In this document: positions 19,339 to 26,980 of the stretch, piece after piece
How positions within the stretch are numbered: the first letter of the stretch is position 1
How the letters are laid out: each line of letters starts with the position of its first letter
Source of the DNA: an uncultured Armatimonadetes bacterium
GTDB taxonomy: Bacteria; Armatimonadota; Armatimonadia; Armatimonadales; Capsulimonadaceae
Length of the DNA: 64,000 bases
Direction of reading: 5' to 3'
Assembly: GCA_963835235.1 (NCBI GenBank)
Contig: CAWIET010000003.1
Coordinates: 182,960-246,959, forward strand
Translations under genes and position numbers: made by a program
Notes under the pieces: generated by a model
What the model saw: only the letters and a program-made list of their open reading frames with translations
Database searches by the model: none
What the model was told of the DNA's origin: nothing

Positions 19339-20177
19339 TTGCGCCAGGCCGGGTTAATCGGGCCGCCGTCCGCCGTGCGGAAGCGCGGCGCGGTCGGCTG
19401 GAAATCATAGCGGTCTACGCCCAGACCGTGCAAGACGGCGGCCTCAATCGGTGAATAGTCTGACGGGTCGGCGCGGTGAAAGCACATCGGCTCGCGCAGC
19501 ACAAACAGAAGATTGGTGATGGCGCGCGGCCTTTGCAGGCGGTTCTGCGAAATCGCGTGCAGCATGAATGGATGCAGCAAAAAGAAGTCGCCCGCCGCGC
19601 CTGTGATTTCCCGAAAGTCTTTGCACTCGGCCAGCAGCGCGGGCAAATCAAACTCGTCGGGCAGGACGCCTTCCGGGTGCGACGCGAGATAGCGCGCCAC
19701 CACGCCCACCGAGTCTGCCGCAACAAACGTGCCGCCGCCTTCAGGGAAAACATTTGTGAACAGCGGAATGCCCAGCAAGCCCTGCTCCGGGCTGTCCAGA
19801 AAGTGACGGAACATCCAGCCATCTTTGTGCCAGCCGGGAGACTGTGCCGACGCAGGCTGATATGGTCTGTCCGCTCCCTGCCGAAAGTTCATGGCAAACA
19901 GCGTAATCTGTGGGTCGTAGCCAAGCCGCTCCGCCCCTCCGACCAGCCCGCAGGAGGCTTCCCACGCCACCGGGGAATACACCGACAGCGCGGGCCTTTT
20001 CTCCGTATCCAGCCGCAGATACTCTTTTTCCCATGTCGCCGGGTCGTCTAATTCATAGCCGACACGGGCGCACTCTTCGCGCACCCACGCTTGCGACGCC
20101 GCACCGTCAAATGCGCCGCGCAGAACAATAAATCCCTCGCGCACGAATTGTTCACGCTGCTCTGCTGTCAGCATCAC
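19335..20177 (-). CDS. phytanoyl-CoA dioxygenase (PhyH) family Fe(II)/2-oxoglutarate oxygenase
   Basis: The N-terminal LTAEQREQFVREGFIVLRGAF and the GWHKDG segment are typical of PhyH-like proteins. Confidence 0.55.
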   Translation of the reverse strand: MMLTAEQREQFVREGFIVLRGAFDGAASQAWVREECARVGYELDDPATWEKEYLRLDTEKRPALSVYSPVAWEASCGLVGGAERLGYDPQITLFAMNFRQGADRPYQPASAQSPGWHKDGWMFRHFLDSPEQGLLGIPLFTNVFPEGGGTFVAADSVGVVARYLASHPEGVLPDEFDLPALLAECKDFREITGAAGDFFLLHPFMLHAISQNRLQRPRAITNLLFVLREPMCFHRADPSDYSPIEAAVLHGLGVDRYDFQPTAPRFRTADGGPINPAWRK

Positions 20178-20187
20178 GGTCTCCTTT

Positions 20188-21318
20188 TTATTGCCGGGCC
20201 ACCTGCCCTGCCGTCACCTCATACACGCAGGCGCGCTCTAAAACGCCTTTGGAGAACGCCCGCAAATTCGTGCAGGACAGAAACGTTTGGGAACCGGCGC
20301 GGGCAGTGAGGTCAAACAAATGGCGGCGGCGGGCATCGTCCAAATCCGACAGCACATCGTCTAACAGCAGCAGGGGCGGCTCTCCGACCAGTTCTTCAAG
20401 GAGTTGCCGCTCCGCCAGTTTCAGCGACAATGCGACCGTGCGCTGCTGCCCCTGCGACCCAAACGCGCGGCAGTCCTGCCCGTTGACGCAGAACAGAATA
20501 TCGTCGCGCTGCGGCCCACGCAAAGTCGTGCCGCGCGCCAGTTCATCCGAAGCCACCGCGTTTAACGCCTCTGAGAAACGAGCGCCAATGGCATCGGCGT
20601 CGGTCAACTCATCCAGCGAAAACGAGGGAACATACGCCACTTGCAGCGTGTCTCGTCCATCGCTGAGGGTGTGATGCACGCCCTCCGCCAGCTGCGACAG
20701 CCGTTCCAGAAACAAACGCCGCCGTTCTATCAAACGCGCCCCATGCTGCACCAGCTGGGCATTCCAGGCGGGCAGAGACCCACGCGCTTCGTGCCCCGCA
20801 CGCCCATCACGCAAATCTCTCAAGAGGCGATTGCGCTGCTCCAATGCCTTGCGGAACGCGCCGAGCGCATACACATAACGAGGGGAAGTTTGGGCAATCT
20901 CCAAGTCCAGAAAGCGGCGGCGCACGGATGGCTCACCCCGAATAATCTCCAGGTCGCCGCTGTCAAACAACACGGCGTTCACCTGCCCAATCACTTCGGC
21001 TAGTTTGGTGTGCCGCACGCCATTGATGCGCGCCGCCTTCTTTTCCGTCTGGGACAGGAGCATCTCCAAAGCGATGTCGGGCGACTGCACGCGCACCACA
21101 TCGGCTCGCACACGCGCGAACGGCTGCTCAAACTGCACCAGTTCGGTGTCTTTGGCCGCCCGTGCCGACTTGCTCGTCGCCAGCACGTACAGGCTCTCTA
21201 ACAGATTGCTCTTGCCCTGCGCGTTGCGCCCGACAAAGATATTCAATCCCTCTCCCGGCTCCACGCGAAGAGAAGCATAGTTGCGAAAGTGTTCCAGTTC
21301 CAGCGACGTAATATGCAT
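20188..21318 (-). CDS. recF: DNA replication and repair protein RecF
   Basis: MHITSLELEHFRNY...FVGRNAQGKSNLLESL (Walker A), signature LSQGQQRTVALSLKLA, Walker B LLLLDDVLSDLD. Confidence 0.95.
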   Translation of the reverse strand: MHITSLELEHFRNYASLRVEPGEGLNIFVGRNAQGKSNLLESLYVLATSKSARAAKDTELVQFEQPFARVRADVVRVQSPDIALEMLLSQTEKKAARINGVRHTKLAEVIGQVNAVLFDSGDLEIIRGEPSVRRRFLDLEIAQTSPRYVYALGAFRKALEQRNRLLRDLRDGRAGHEARGSLPAWNAQLVQHGARLIERRRLFLERLSQLAEGVHHTLSDGRDTLQVAYVPSFSLDELTDADAIGARFSEALNAVASDELARGTTLRGPQRDDILFCVNGQDCRAFGSQGQQRTVALSLKLAERQLLEELVGEPPLLLLDDVLSDLDDARRRHLFDLTARAGSQTFLSCTNLRAFSKGVLERACVYEVTAGQVARQ

Positions 21319-21412
21319 TCACGTTCTCAGGCGAAATGGACTTGCTCTGCGCTCCGCCTCCGAGTCTTTTACCCTTAGATAGAAGAATCTTAATTGGTAG
21401 TAGTAATAGAAG

Positions 21413-21675
21413 TGTGACTCAACTGTGACTCAACGAAACGCACCCATGCGAACGGGACGTTTTCGCCTGCAAACCCTACACATTCACGCTTGCACGAACA
21501 TCGCAGCCGCTGATAATGCTCCGTTTCGCTGAGTCACAAGAGAGTCACACAGTGTGACTCAACGGCACAAAACTGTGACTCAACGCTGCCCACTGTGACT
21601 CTCTTCCACCCTTGAGTCACACTTTCCCACGTTGAGTCACAGTTGAGTCACACTGTGACTCTCAATTGTGACTCA
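21413..21675. repeat. 12 copies of the 9-mer TGAGTCACA/TGTGACTCA (9 perfect, 3 with one mismatch), in both orientations
   Basis: Starts at 21413, 21424, 21553, 21574, 21594, 21654 and 21667 (TGTGACTCA-type on +). Starts at 21530, 21541, 21613, 21633 and 21644 (TGAGTCACA-type on +). Three same-orientation pairs are exactly 11 bp apart. Confidence 0.9.
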
Positions 21676-21700
21676 ATATCTCGCCTTGATATTGTCCCCG

Positions 21701-21820
21701 AAGTCAGGCCCAAGTCGCCCTAAGTTCACGCAAGTCACCGCAAGTCAATGCAAGTTAACGCAAGTGATATCAAGTGAAATGAAGTGATCACAAGTGATCA
21801 CAAGTGAACACAAGGTAAAA
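21701..21820. repeat. about 12 tandem 10-bp units NCAAGTNANN, with AAGT in strict 10-bp phase
   Basis: AAGT at 21701, 21712, 21722, 21732, 21742, 21752, 21762, 21772, 21782, 21792 and 21802, then AAGG at 21812. The units become more AT-rich toward 21820. Confidence 0.9.
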
Positions 21821-21950
21821 ACAGCCTTTGTCTGCCGAAAATCAGCCCGTTTGTCTGCTCCTAAGAGCGAACACAGGCGCCGTTGTCTACTATGCGTTTG
21901 GCCCGGTTGTCAAACACTGTCCCCTTCGCTGTGGACAAGGCCCCCACTCG

Positions 21951-22058
21951 GAAGGGCGACCCTCCCCCCACGTTTAGGGGGAAGGGTAAGACAAGCAAAG
22001 CGCAGCAGGGTTTCCTCCCCCCAAACTTGGGGGGCCGGGGGGGCCGTCCTTCCCCTGC
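21951..22058. repeat. GC-rich palindromic repeat element, copy B; same family as the insert in dapF
   Basis: GAAGGGCGACCCTCCCCCCACGTTTAGGGGGAAGGGTAAGACAA aligns at roughly 80% identity by eye with 61941-61984. It is followed by the hairpin CCCCCCAAACTTGGGGGG. Confidence 0.6.
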
Positions 22059-24854
22059 CTACAGGCTGTATTCAATCACCTTGCGAATGCGAGTCAGCAG
22101 GGCCAGCACTTCCGGGTCGGTCGTCATGTCGTCGCGCAGGCGGGCGTGGGCGTGGACAATCGCTGTGTGGCTTTTGAGGCCAAACGCCGCCGCCAGCGTC
22201 GTCATCGGCACCCCGCTCATCTCCTTGACGAAATACATCGCCACCTGACGCGCATACCCCGCGTCCCCTTTGCCGCGCCGCGCCGAACGCGCCCCGCCTG
22301 TCAGAATCAGTTCCGGCTCAATGCCCATCTGCGCGGCAACGGCATCCACAATCTGGTCAACTGTCGGCCCCGCGCTGGGGCGCGACGCGGGGTAATCGTC
22401 CGGGTGCGCTGATGCGAGCGGCAGGGAAGACGATGGCAGACGCTCCACAAAGTACGATGACAGCACATCGGACGCCAGTTGTTTGGTGACCGGGCTTTTG
22501 GCAAGCGACGCATACGCCATCAGTTTAATCAGCGCGCCCTCCAATGCCCGAATATTGCTTTGGATCAGGTTCGCCATGTACGCAATCACTTCATCCGGGA
22601 TACGCAGATTGTCTAAAATCGCCTTCTTCTGCAAGATCGCCATCCGCATTTCCAGTTCGGGAGGCGCAATGTCGGCAATCAAACCGCCCTCAAAGCGGGT
22701 GCGAAGCCGCTCGTCCATCGTGCGAAGTTCACGCGGAGAGCGGTCGGACGTAATCACAATCTGCCGGTTCATCTGGTGCAGCGTGTTGAACGTGTGAAAG
22801 AACTCTTCTTTGGTCTGCTCTTTGGACGCGATGGTCTGAATGTCGTCTACCAGCCACACGTCTACCGACCGGTACGCCCTGCGAAAATCCTCCGTGCGCT
22901 TGTCCCGCAGCGCCGCAACGTAATGATTGGTGAACGTCTCCCCGCTCACATACGCCACCCGCGCCTGCGGAAGCGCCAGCCGCACCTGATGACCAATCGC
23001 GTGCATGAGATGCGTGTTGTGCTCCCAGAACGTTGTCAGGAACGTCTCATAACCTGGCACTTCAATGGCAACCGTTGGCTCCACGCCCGCAGGCTCCACC
23101 GACACGACCTTCTCCCAGCGCAGTCCGGCGGGGGCTGCCGTATGACGCCACTGTCCCCGATTGGGCCGCGTCGCCGCCACTTGTTCCGCTACGCCTCGCA
23201 CGCGCTCCACCGCGTCTTCCTTGCCAAAGATGCCCACGCGCGCGGTAAACTGAAGCACTTGCGCGGCGGCATGAATGGCAACTGTCCAGGCCCGCACTTT
23301 GGGTTTGTGCGCGATGCGCGACACAATGCCCAGTTTCAGCAGCAACTCCTGCACGTCGCGCGCCAGCCCTTCCGACGCCGAGCAGTAGCCGATTTCCGTT
23401 CGCGGAAGACGGTTGCCCGGACGCTCCGCGCCGCACGCCGCCCAGCCATCGGTGGCGAACAAACGCGACAGGAACAAGGCCAACTGCTCCGGCGGCAGGG
23501 TAAATACAGCGGGCGGAATGCGTTTGTCGCGCGAGTGCTGCCCCATCAAACCGTGCCGTCTCAGCAGGTTTATCACATCATTGCGGCAGTCCTGACCCTG
23601 CGCCACGCGCCCGCGCCGCCCGACAATGCGCCAATCATAGCGGTTGTGCTGAATCAGGCGGCAATTCGTCTGTGCCACGCACTCCTTGAACTCCGCCAAC
23701 TGCGCGTTGTCCTGCTGGCTGAAGCGCACGCCTTGCGTAGTGCCGCCATCGCCAATCAAATACGCCAGCAGCTTCACTTCATGCTCCGGCAGGGATACGG
23801 GAGAGCCAAACGCAGGCAGGCATTCCGTCACCGCGACTAAATCCCCTGCCGCAATCGCGCAAAGGGGCGTCCATCCGCGCACCGCGATGCGCCCAAAGTT
23901 CTTGCCCATATGCCGCACACCCTGCCCCGTCCAGAGTGGGTGCTGTCCGTTGCGCCTAATCCGCCGCCCGCTTTCGGTTTCAATTGCCCACACCGGCTCA
24001 ACGGCATTCCATTCGGCGCGCGCGGCAACGGCCTTTATCTCTTCTTTAGCAAGCGTCAGCAGAGAAAACTCTGTACCCACCAACTCGCCTGCCTGCACCC
24101 GCCGCCCATCCGCCAGGTGCAGGGTTTCCGACGCGGCCACGCACTTTCCCAGGCCGGGATTGCCGTACAAAAACAGTGGGTTATACAGGGTTCCGAGCGC
24201 ACCGGCCACCGCCAGCGCGCCCGCATGAGCGAGCCGGTTGGACTTGCCCACGACAAAGTGCTCAAACGTGTATTTGTCGTTGAGCGGCGCGGCGGCCAGT
24301 TCCAGCAGAAACGGATTGCGCGCGCCTTCGGCAAGCCCCAGCGCGACGGCGGTTCCGCCATTGCCGCCATGCGTGGGCGCGGCGAAGGGAAGCGTCTCTT
24401 GCAGCGGCGCGAGGGCTGTGACAGGCGGCGCAAGCGCCGTCACAGGCGGCTCTGCCAGCGGCGACGCGGCCTGCTGCAAGGGCAGCGGCTTTTCGCCCAG
24501 CAAGGGCTGCACGGACGGGGTGGAAATGACAAACCGAACCTGCACGGCAGGCAGGTCAAGAAACTGCGCCAGCGACGCGCTGAGTATCTGCGCGTACTTC
24601 TTTTCCGCCCATTCCCGCGCAAACGCCGACGGCGCTCCGAGCACCACAATCGTTCCGTCCAAAGAAAGCGGCTTCAGGGGACGCAGAAAGTTGTCAAATG
24701 TCGGCTTGTTGAACTGAGAAGCCAGCGCGCGCAGGGTGCGATCCCACGCTTTACGCAGGGCGATGGCGCTGTCATCTTCACCGAGTTCCAATTGCTGCTC
24801 CTGCGGAGAAGGGTCATCATCGGGCGCGGCAGCATGGGGCGGGCGAATAGTCAC
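22059..24854 (-). CDS. dnaA: chromosomal replication initiator DnaA, containing an intein in the Walker-A loop
   Basis: Domain I/II N-terminus, then FEHFVVGKSNRLAH and LFLYGNPGLGK|[intein]|THLMHAIGH. Further motifs are DVWLVDDIQTIASK (Walker B), FHTFNTL, IVITSDR and domain IV (YARQVAMYFVKEM...FGLKSHTAIVHA). The linker has a PPVTALA duplication. The gene ends in TAG. Confidence 0.95.
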   Translation of the reverse strand: MTIRPPHAAAPDDDPSPQEQQLELGEDDSAIALRKAWDRTLRALASQFNKPTFDNFLRPLKPLSLDGTIVVLGAPSAFAREWAEKKYAQILSASLAQFLDLPAVQVRFVISTPSVQPLLGEKPLPLQQAASPLAEPPVTALAPPVTALAPLQETLPFAAPTHGGNGGTAVALGLAEGARNPFLLELAAAPLNDKYTFEHFVVGKSNRLAHAGALAVAGALGTLYNPLFLYGNPGLGKCVAASETLHLADGRRVQAGELVGTEFSLLTLAKEEIKAVAARAEWNAVEPVWAIETESGRRIRRNGQHPLWTGQGVRHMGKNFGRIAVRGWTPLCAIAAGDLVAVTECLPAFGSPVSLPEHEVKLLAYLIGDGGTTQGVRFSQQDNAQLAEFKECVAQTNCRLIQHNRYDWRIVGRRGRVAQGQDCRNDVINLLRRHGLMGQHSRDKRIPPAVFTLPPEQLALFLSRLFATDGWAACGAERPGNRLPRTEIGYCSASEGLARDVQELLLKLGIVSRIAHKPKVRAWTVAIHAAAQVLQFTARVGIFGKEDAVERVRGVAEQVAATRPNRGQWRHTAAPAGLRWEKVVSVEPAGVEPTVAIEVPGYETFLTTFWEHNTHLMHAIGHQVRLALPQARVAYVSGETFTNHYVAALRDKRTEDFRRAYRSVDVWLVDDIQTIASKEQTKEEFFHTFNTLHQMNRQIVITSDRSPRELRTMDERLRTRFEGGLIADIAPPELEMRMAILQKKAILDNLRIPDEVIAYMANLIQSNIRALEGALIKLMAYASLAKSPVTKQLASDVLSSYFVERLPSSSLPLASAHPDDYPASRPSAGPTVDQIVDAVAAQMGIEPELILTGGARSARRGKGDAGYARQVAMYFVKEMSGVPMTTLAAAFGLKSHTAIVHAHARLRDDMTTDPEVLALLTRIRKVIEYSL
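23016..24143 (-). mobile_element. 376-aa intein with a LAGLIDADG homing-endonuclease domain inserted after Lys237 of DnaA
   Basis: It begins with Cys (GLGK|CVAASETLHLADG) and ends ...TFLTTFWEHN|T, with Thr as the +1 extein residue, which restores GLGKT. The two LAGLIDADG motifs are KLLAYLIGDGG and LFLSRLFATDGWA. A block-B-like segment is NGQHPLWT. Confidence 0.85.
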
Positions 24855-24930
24855 GGTTCCTCAGGGTCAGCGGGATAAAAAACAGCAAGGCGGCCATTCC
24901 GGGTACAGAATTGCCGCCTCAGTGGAGCCT

Positions 24931-24959
24931 ATTATACTCCAATTTGCCGCCCAGAGCAA
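24931..24959 (-). promoter_or_regulatory. candidate sigma70-type promoter for dnaA
   Basis: The minus strand reads TTGCTC-17 nt-TATAAT (perfect -10, weak -35), about 75 nt upstream of the dnaA ATG. Confidence 0.35.
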
Positions 24960-24988
24960 GCAGTTTGGCTTGCTTCTTTGGCGGTCAT

Positions 24989-25534
24989 TTATCCGCCTAC
25001 GACGGCACGTGCGGCTTGCAGCACGGCCTCATAATCCGGCTCCGTCGCCACTTCTGGCACGGTCTGAATGTAGCGAATAACCCCGTCTTTGTCTATCAAA
25101 TAGATGGCGCGCGCCAGCAAACCCAACTCTTTGATACGCACGCCATAGTCATCCGCCAGCGCCCGGTCTTTGTGGTCGGACAGCATTTGCAGATGGTCAA
25201 TCTTCTCCTGCGTCGCCCACCGTTTCTGCGCGAACGGCGTATCCGCGCTCACTGCCGCCACCGCAATTCTGTCGGCGGGCAGCGACGCCACATGGCGGTT
25301 AAACTTGCCCGTCTCAAGCGCGCACACGCTGGTGTCAATAGACGGCACCATAATCAAAAGCACCGCTTTCTTGCCGCCTTCCGATAAATCGGCGAGCGAC
25401 ACCGGACGCAAATCCGACGCCGCCAGCACAAACTCCGGGGCTGTGTCGCCGACTTTAAGTTCCGTGCCGACCAGCGTCATCGGCACGCCCTTGAACGTAA
25501 TCGCGGCAGGTCTTTCTTGCGCTTGTGCAGTCAT
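24989..25534 (-). CDS. tpx: thiol peroxidase (Tpx-type peroxiredoxin)
   Basis: ITFKGVPMTLVGTELKVGDTAPEF, VPSIDTSVCALE (peroxidatic Cys) and PFAQKRW. The start was trimmed to the ATG at 25534. Confidence 0.85.
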   Translation of the reverse strand: MTAQAQERPAAITFKGVPMTLVGTELKVGDTAPEFVLAASDLRPVSLADLSEGGKKAVLLIMVPSIDTSVCALETGKFNRHVASLPADRIAVAAVSADTPFAQKRWATQEKIDHLQMLSDHKDRALADDYGVRIKELGLLARAIYLIDKDGVIRYIQTVPEVATEPDYEAVLQAARAVVGG

Positions 25535-25630
25535 GGGCCGTGTTCTCCTTCTCGCTCTTGTCCCCATAGTATACCCGCCGATACGTCCCGGCAGGAAACG
25601 CAGTCGGGTGCGGCGAAAGGGAAGCGCGCA

Positions 25631-26218
25631 ATGGTCTACTACATCTACAGTGTCTTTGCTTTCGGCTTTTTGGCTGGTGCGCTTTTCTTCAAGGGCTACA
25701 ATCAGGGAAGTTACTTGGCCCGCTCTGATGAGCACGTTCTAAGTTTTCACAGGCCCCGACTGATGCGGCTTGGCAGTGGAATGTGTGGACTGCTTTTTCT
25801 CGCGGGAGCCGTGTTTATTGTTTTTGACCCAAACCACATTTACTCCGGCCAAAGTGATGTTTCTTTTAAGTGGATTATGGGCGTGATGCTTCCGTTTGTC
25901 GCGTCTTTCTTTTTCTTCATGGCTAACCCACAAGAGGTTCGGGTGGATTTGGACACGCGCCTCTGCCACCAAACTTCTGGCTGGATACTTCGCCCCAAAC
26001 AGCGCACTGCTGCGCTCACCGGGGCGTCTCTGGTGGGAGTGATACCCAGTCAAATCTACATTGTCACTTTAATGATTGGGGGCGGGAAGAACTGCAATGT
26101 CACAATCGGCCAATTTCCTGTTTTGCCGATGGCGCTTGCGTTTGCTCAAGAGATGGGAAACAAACTCCATCTGCCTTTTCAGCAAATCACGGAAGCAGAC
26201 TTGATCTCGTTGAGTTAA
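25631..26218 (+). CDS. hypothetical membrane protein in a lower-GC segment
   Basis: Two to four hydrophobic helices (YYIYSVFAFGFLAGALFF, GLLFLAGAVFIVF, IMGVMLPFVASFFFFM). One line counted by hand gave about 48% GC. Confidence 0.45.
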   Translation: MVYYIYSVFAFGFLAGALFFKGYNQGSYLARSDEHVLSFHRPRLMRLGSGMCGLLFLAGAVFIVFDPNHIYSGQSDVSFKWIMGVMLPFVASFFFFMANPQEVRVDLDTRLCHQTSGWILRPKQRTAALTGASLVGVIPSQIYIVTLMIGGGKNCNVTIGQFPVLPMALAFAQEMGNKLHLPFQQITEADLISLS

Positions 26219-26260
26219 CCAAAAGAGGAAACCCCGCCGCCCCTGCCGAACAAAGACCCT

Positions 26261-26980
26261 ATGCCAGTTCAATGGGTCTTTTTTGACATCGGTGACGTGC
26301 TTTTTGACGAAGACCAGCAGCATTTATGGCTTCTGCACACCCTGCTTCTCACCCTGCGCGCGCATGGCAAAGACGTTCTGTGGGACGACTTCAACGCCAC
26401 TCGTAAGCAACTCGCCGCGCGCGGCCCCAACCCGGAAGCCGCCATCAAGGGAACGCTTGCCTTCTACTGCGTCAACGACAGCGAAACCGAAGTCCTCTGG
26501 CACGAAGCGCGACTGCAATACGCCGAAATGCGAAAGCCCCGCCCTTTTGGAATGCTGCTGGACGGCATCACGCCCGTCCTCCGTGAGTTAAAGCAGGACT
26601 TCCAACTGGGGATTATCGCCAACCAGCACCCACCCGTCGCGCAGGCCATCGCCAATTACGGCATTGCGCCCCTGTTTGGCGTGGTCGTGATTAGCGAAAT
26701 CGTGCATCTGTTCAAGCCCGATCCCGCCATCTTCCAGTATGGGTTGAACGAAGCGGGAACGACGCCCGCCGAAGCCGTCTTCGTGGGCGACCGTCCCGAC
26801 AACGACATCTTTCCCGCCAAAGCGCTTGGCATGAAGACGGTACGCTTTCGCCGGGGCGTCCAGTACCCTTTGTTCAACCCCACCGACCCGGCCTTTGTCG
26901 CCGATGAGACTGTAGACCATGTGGAGCAACTCGCCGCCGCCGTCCGCCGCGTCGCTGCCGGACAAGGACAAAGCGCATGA
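26261..26980 (+). CDS. HAD-superfamily hydrolase (subfamily IA, YihX-like)
   Basis: Motif I VFFDIGDVLFDED and motif IV VFVGDRPDNDI. Confidence 0.7.
   Translation: MPVQWVFFDIGDVLFDEDQQHLWLLHTLLLTLRAHGKDVLWDDFNATRKQLAARGPNPEAAIKGTLAFYCVNDSETEVLWHEARLQYAEMRKPRPFGMLLDGITPVLRELKQDFQLGIIANQHPPVAQAIANYGIAPLFGVVVISEIVHLFKPDPAIFQYGLNEAGTTPAEAVFVGDRPDNDIFPAKALGMKTVRFRRGVQYPLFNPTDPAFVADETVDHVEQLAAAVRRVAAGQGQSA

Larger units (their letters stand above)
21370..21940. other. candidate chromosomal replication origin (oriC) between dnaA and recF
   Basis: Non-coding gap flanked by dnaA and recF. It has an AT-rich patch with a TAG/TAA trinucleotide run (21398-21412), 12 GAGTCAC-core 9-mers, a 10-bp-phased AAGT array, and TTGTC-type boxes including a perfect TTGTCCACA (reverse complement of 21930-21938). 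Confidence 0.6.

Noticed and set aside
21413-21820. CRISPR array
   Set aside because: The repeat units are only 9-11 bp, occur in both orientations, have irregular or zero spacers, and no cas genes are nearby. The location and motif similarity point to an origin or iteron-type region instead.
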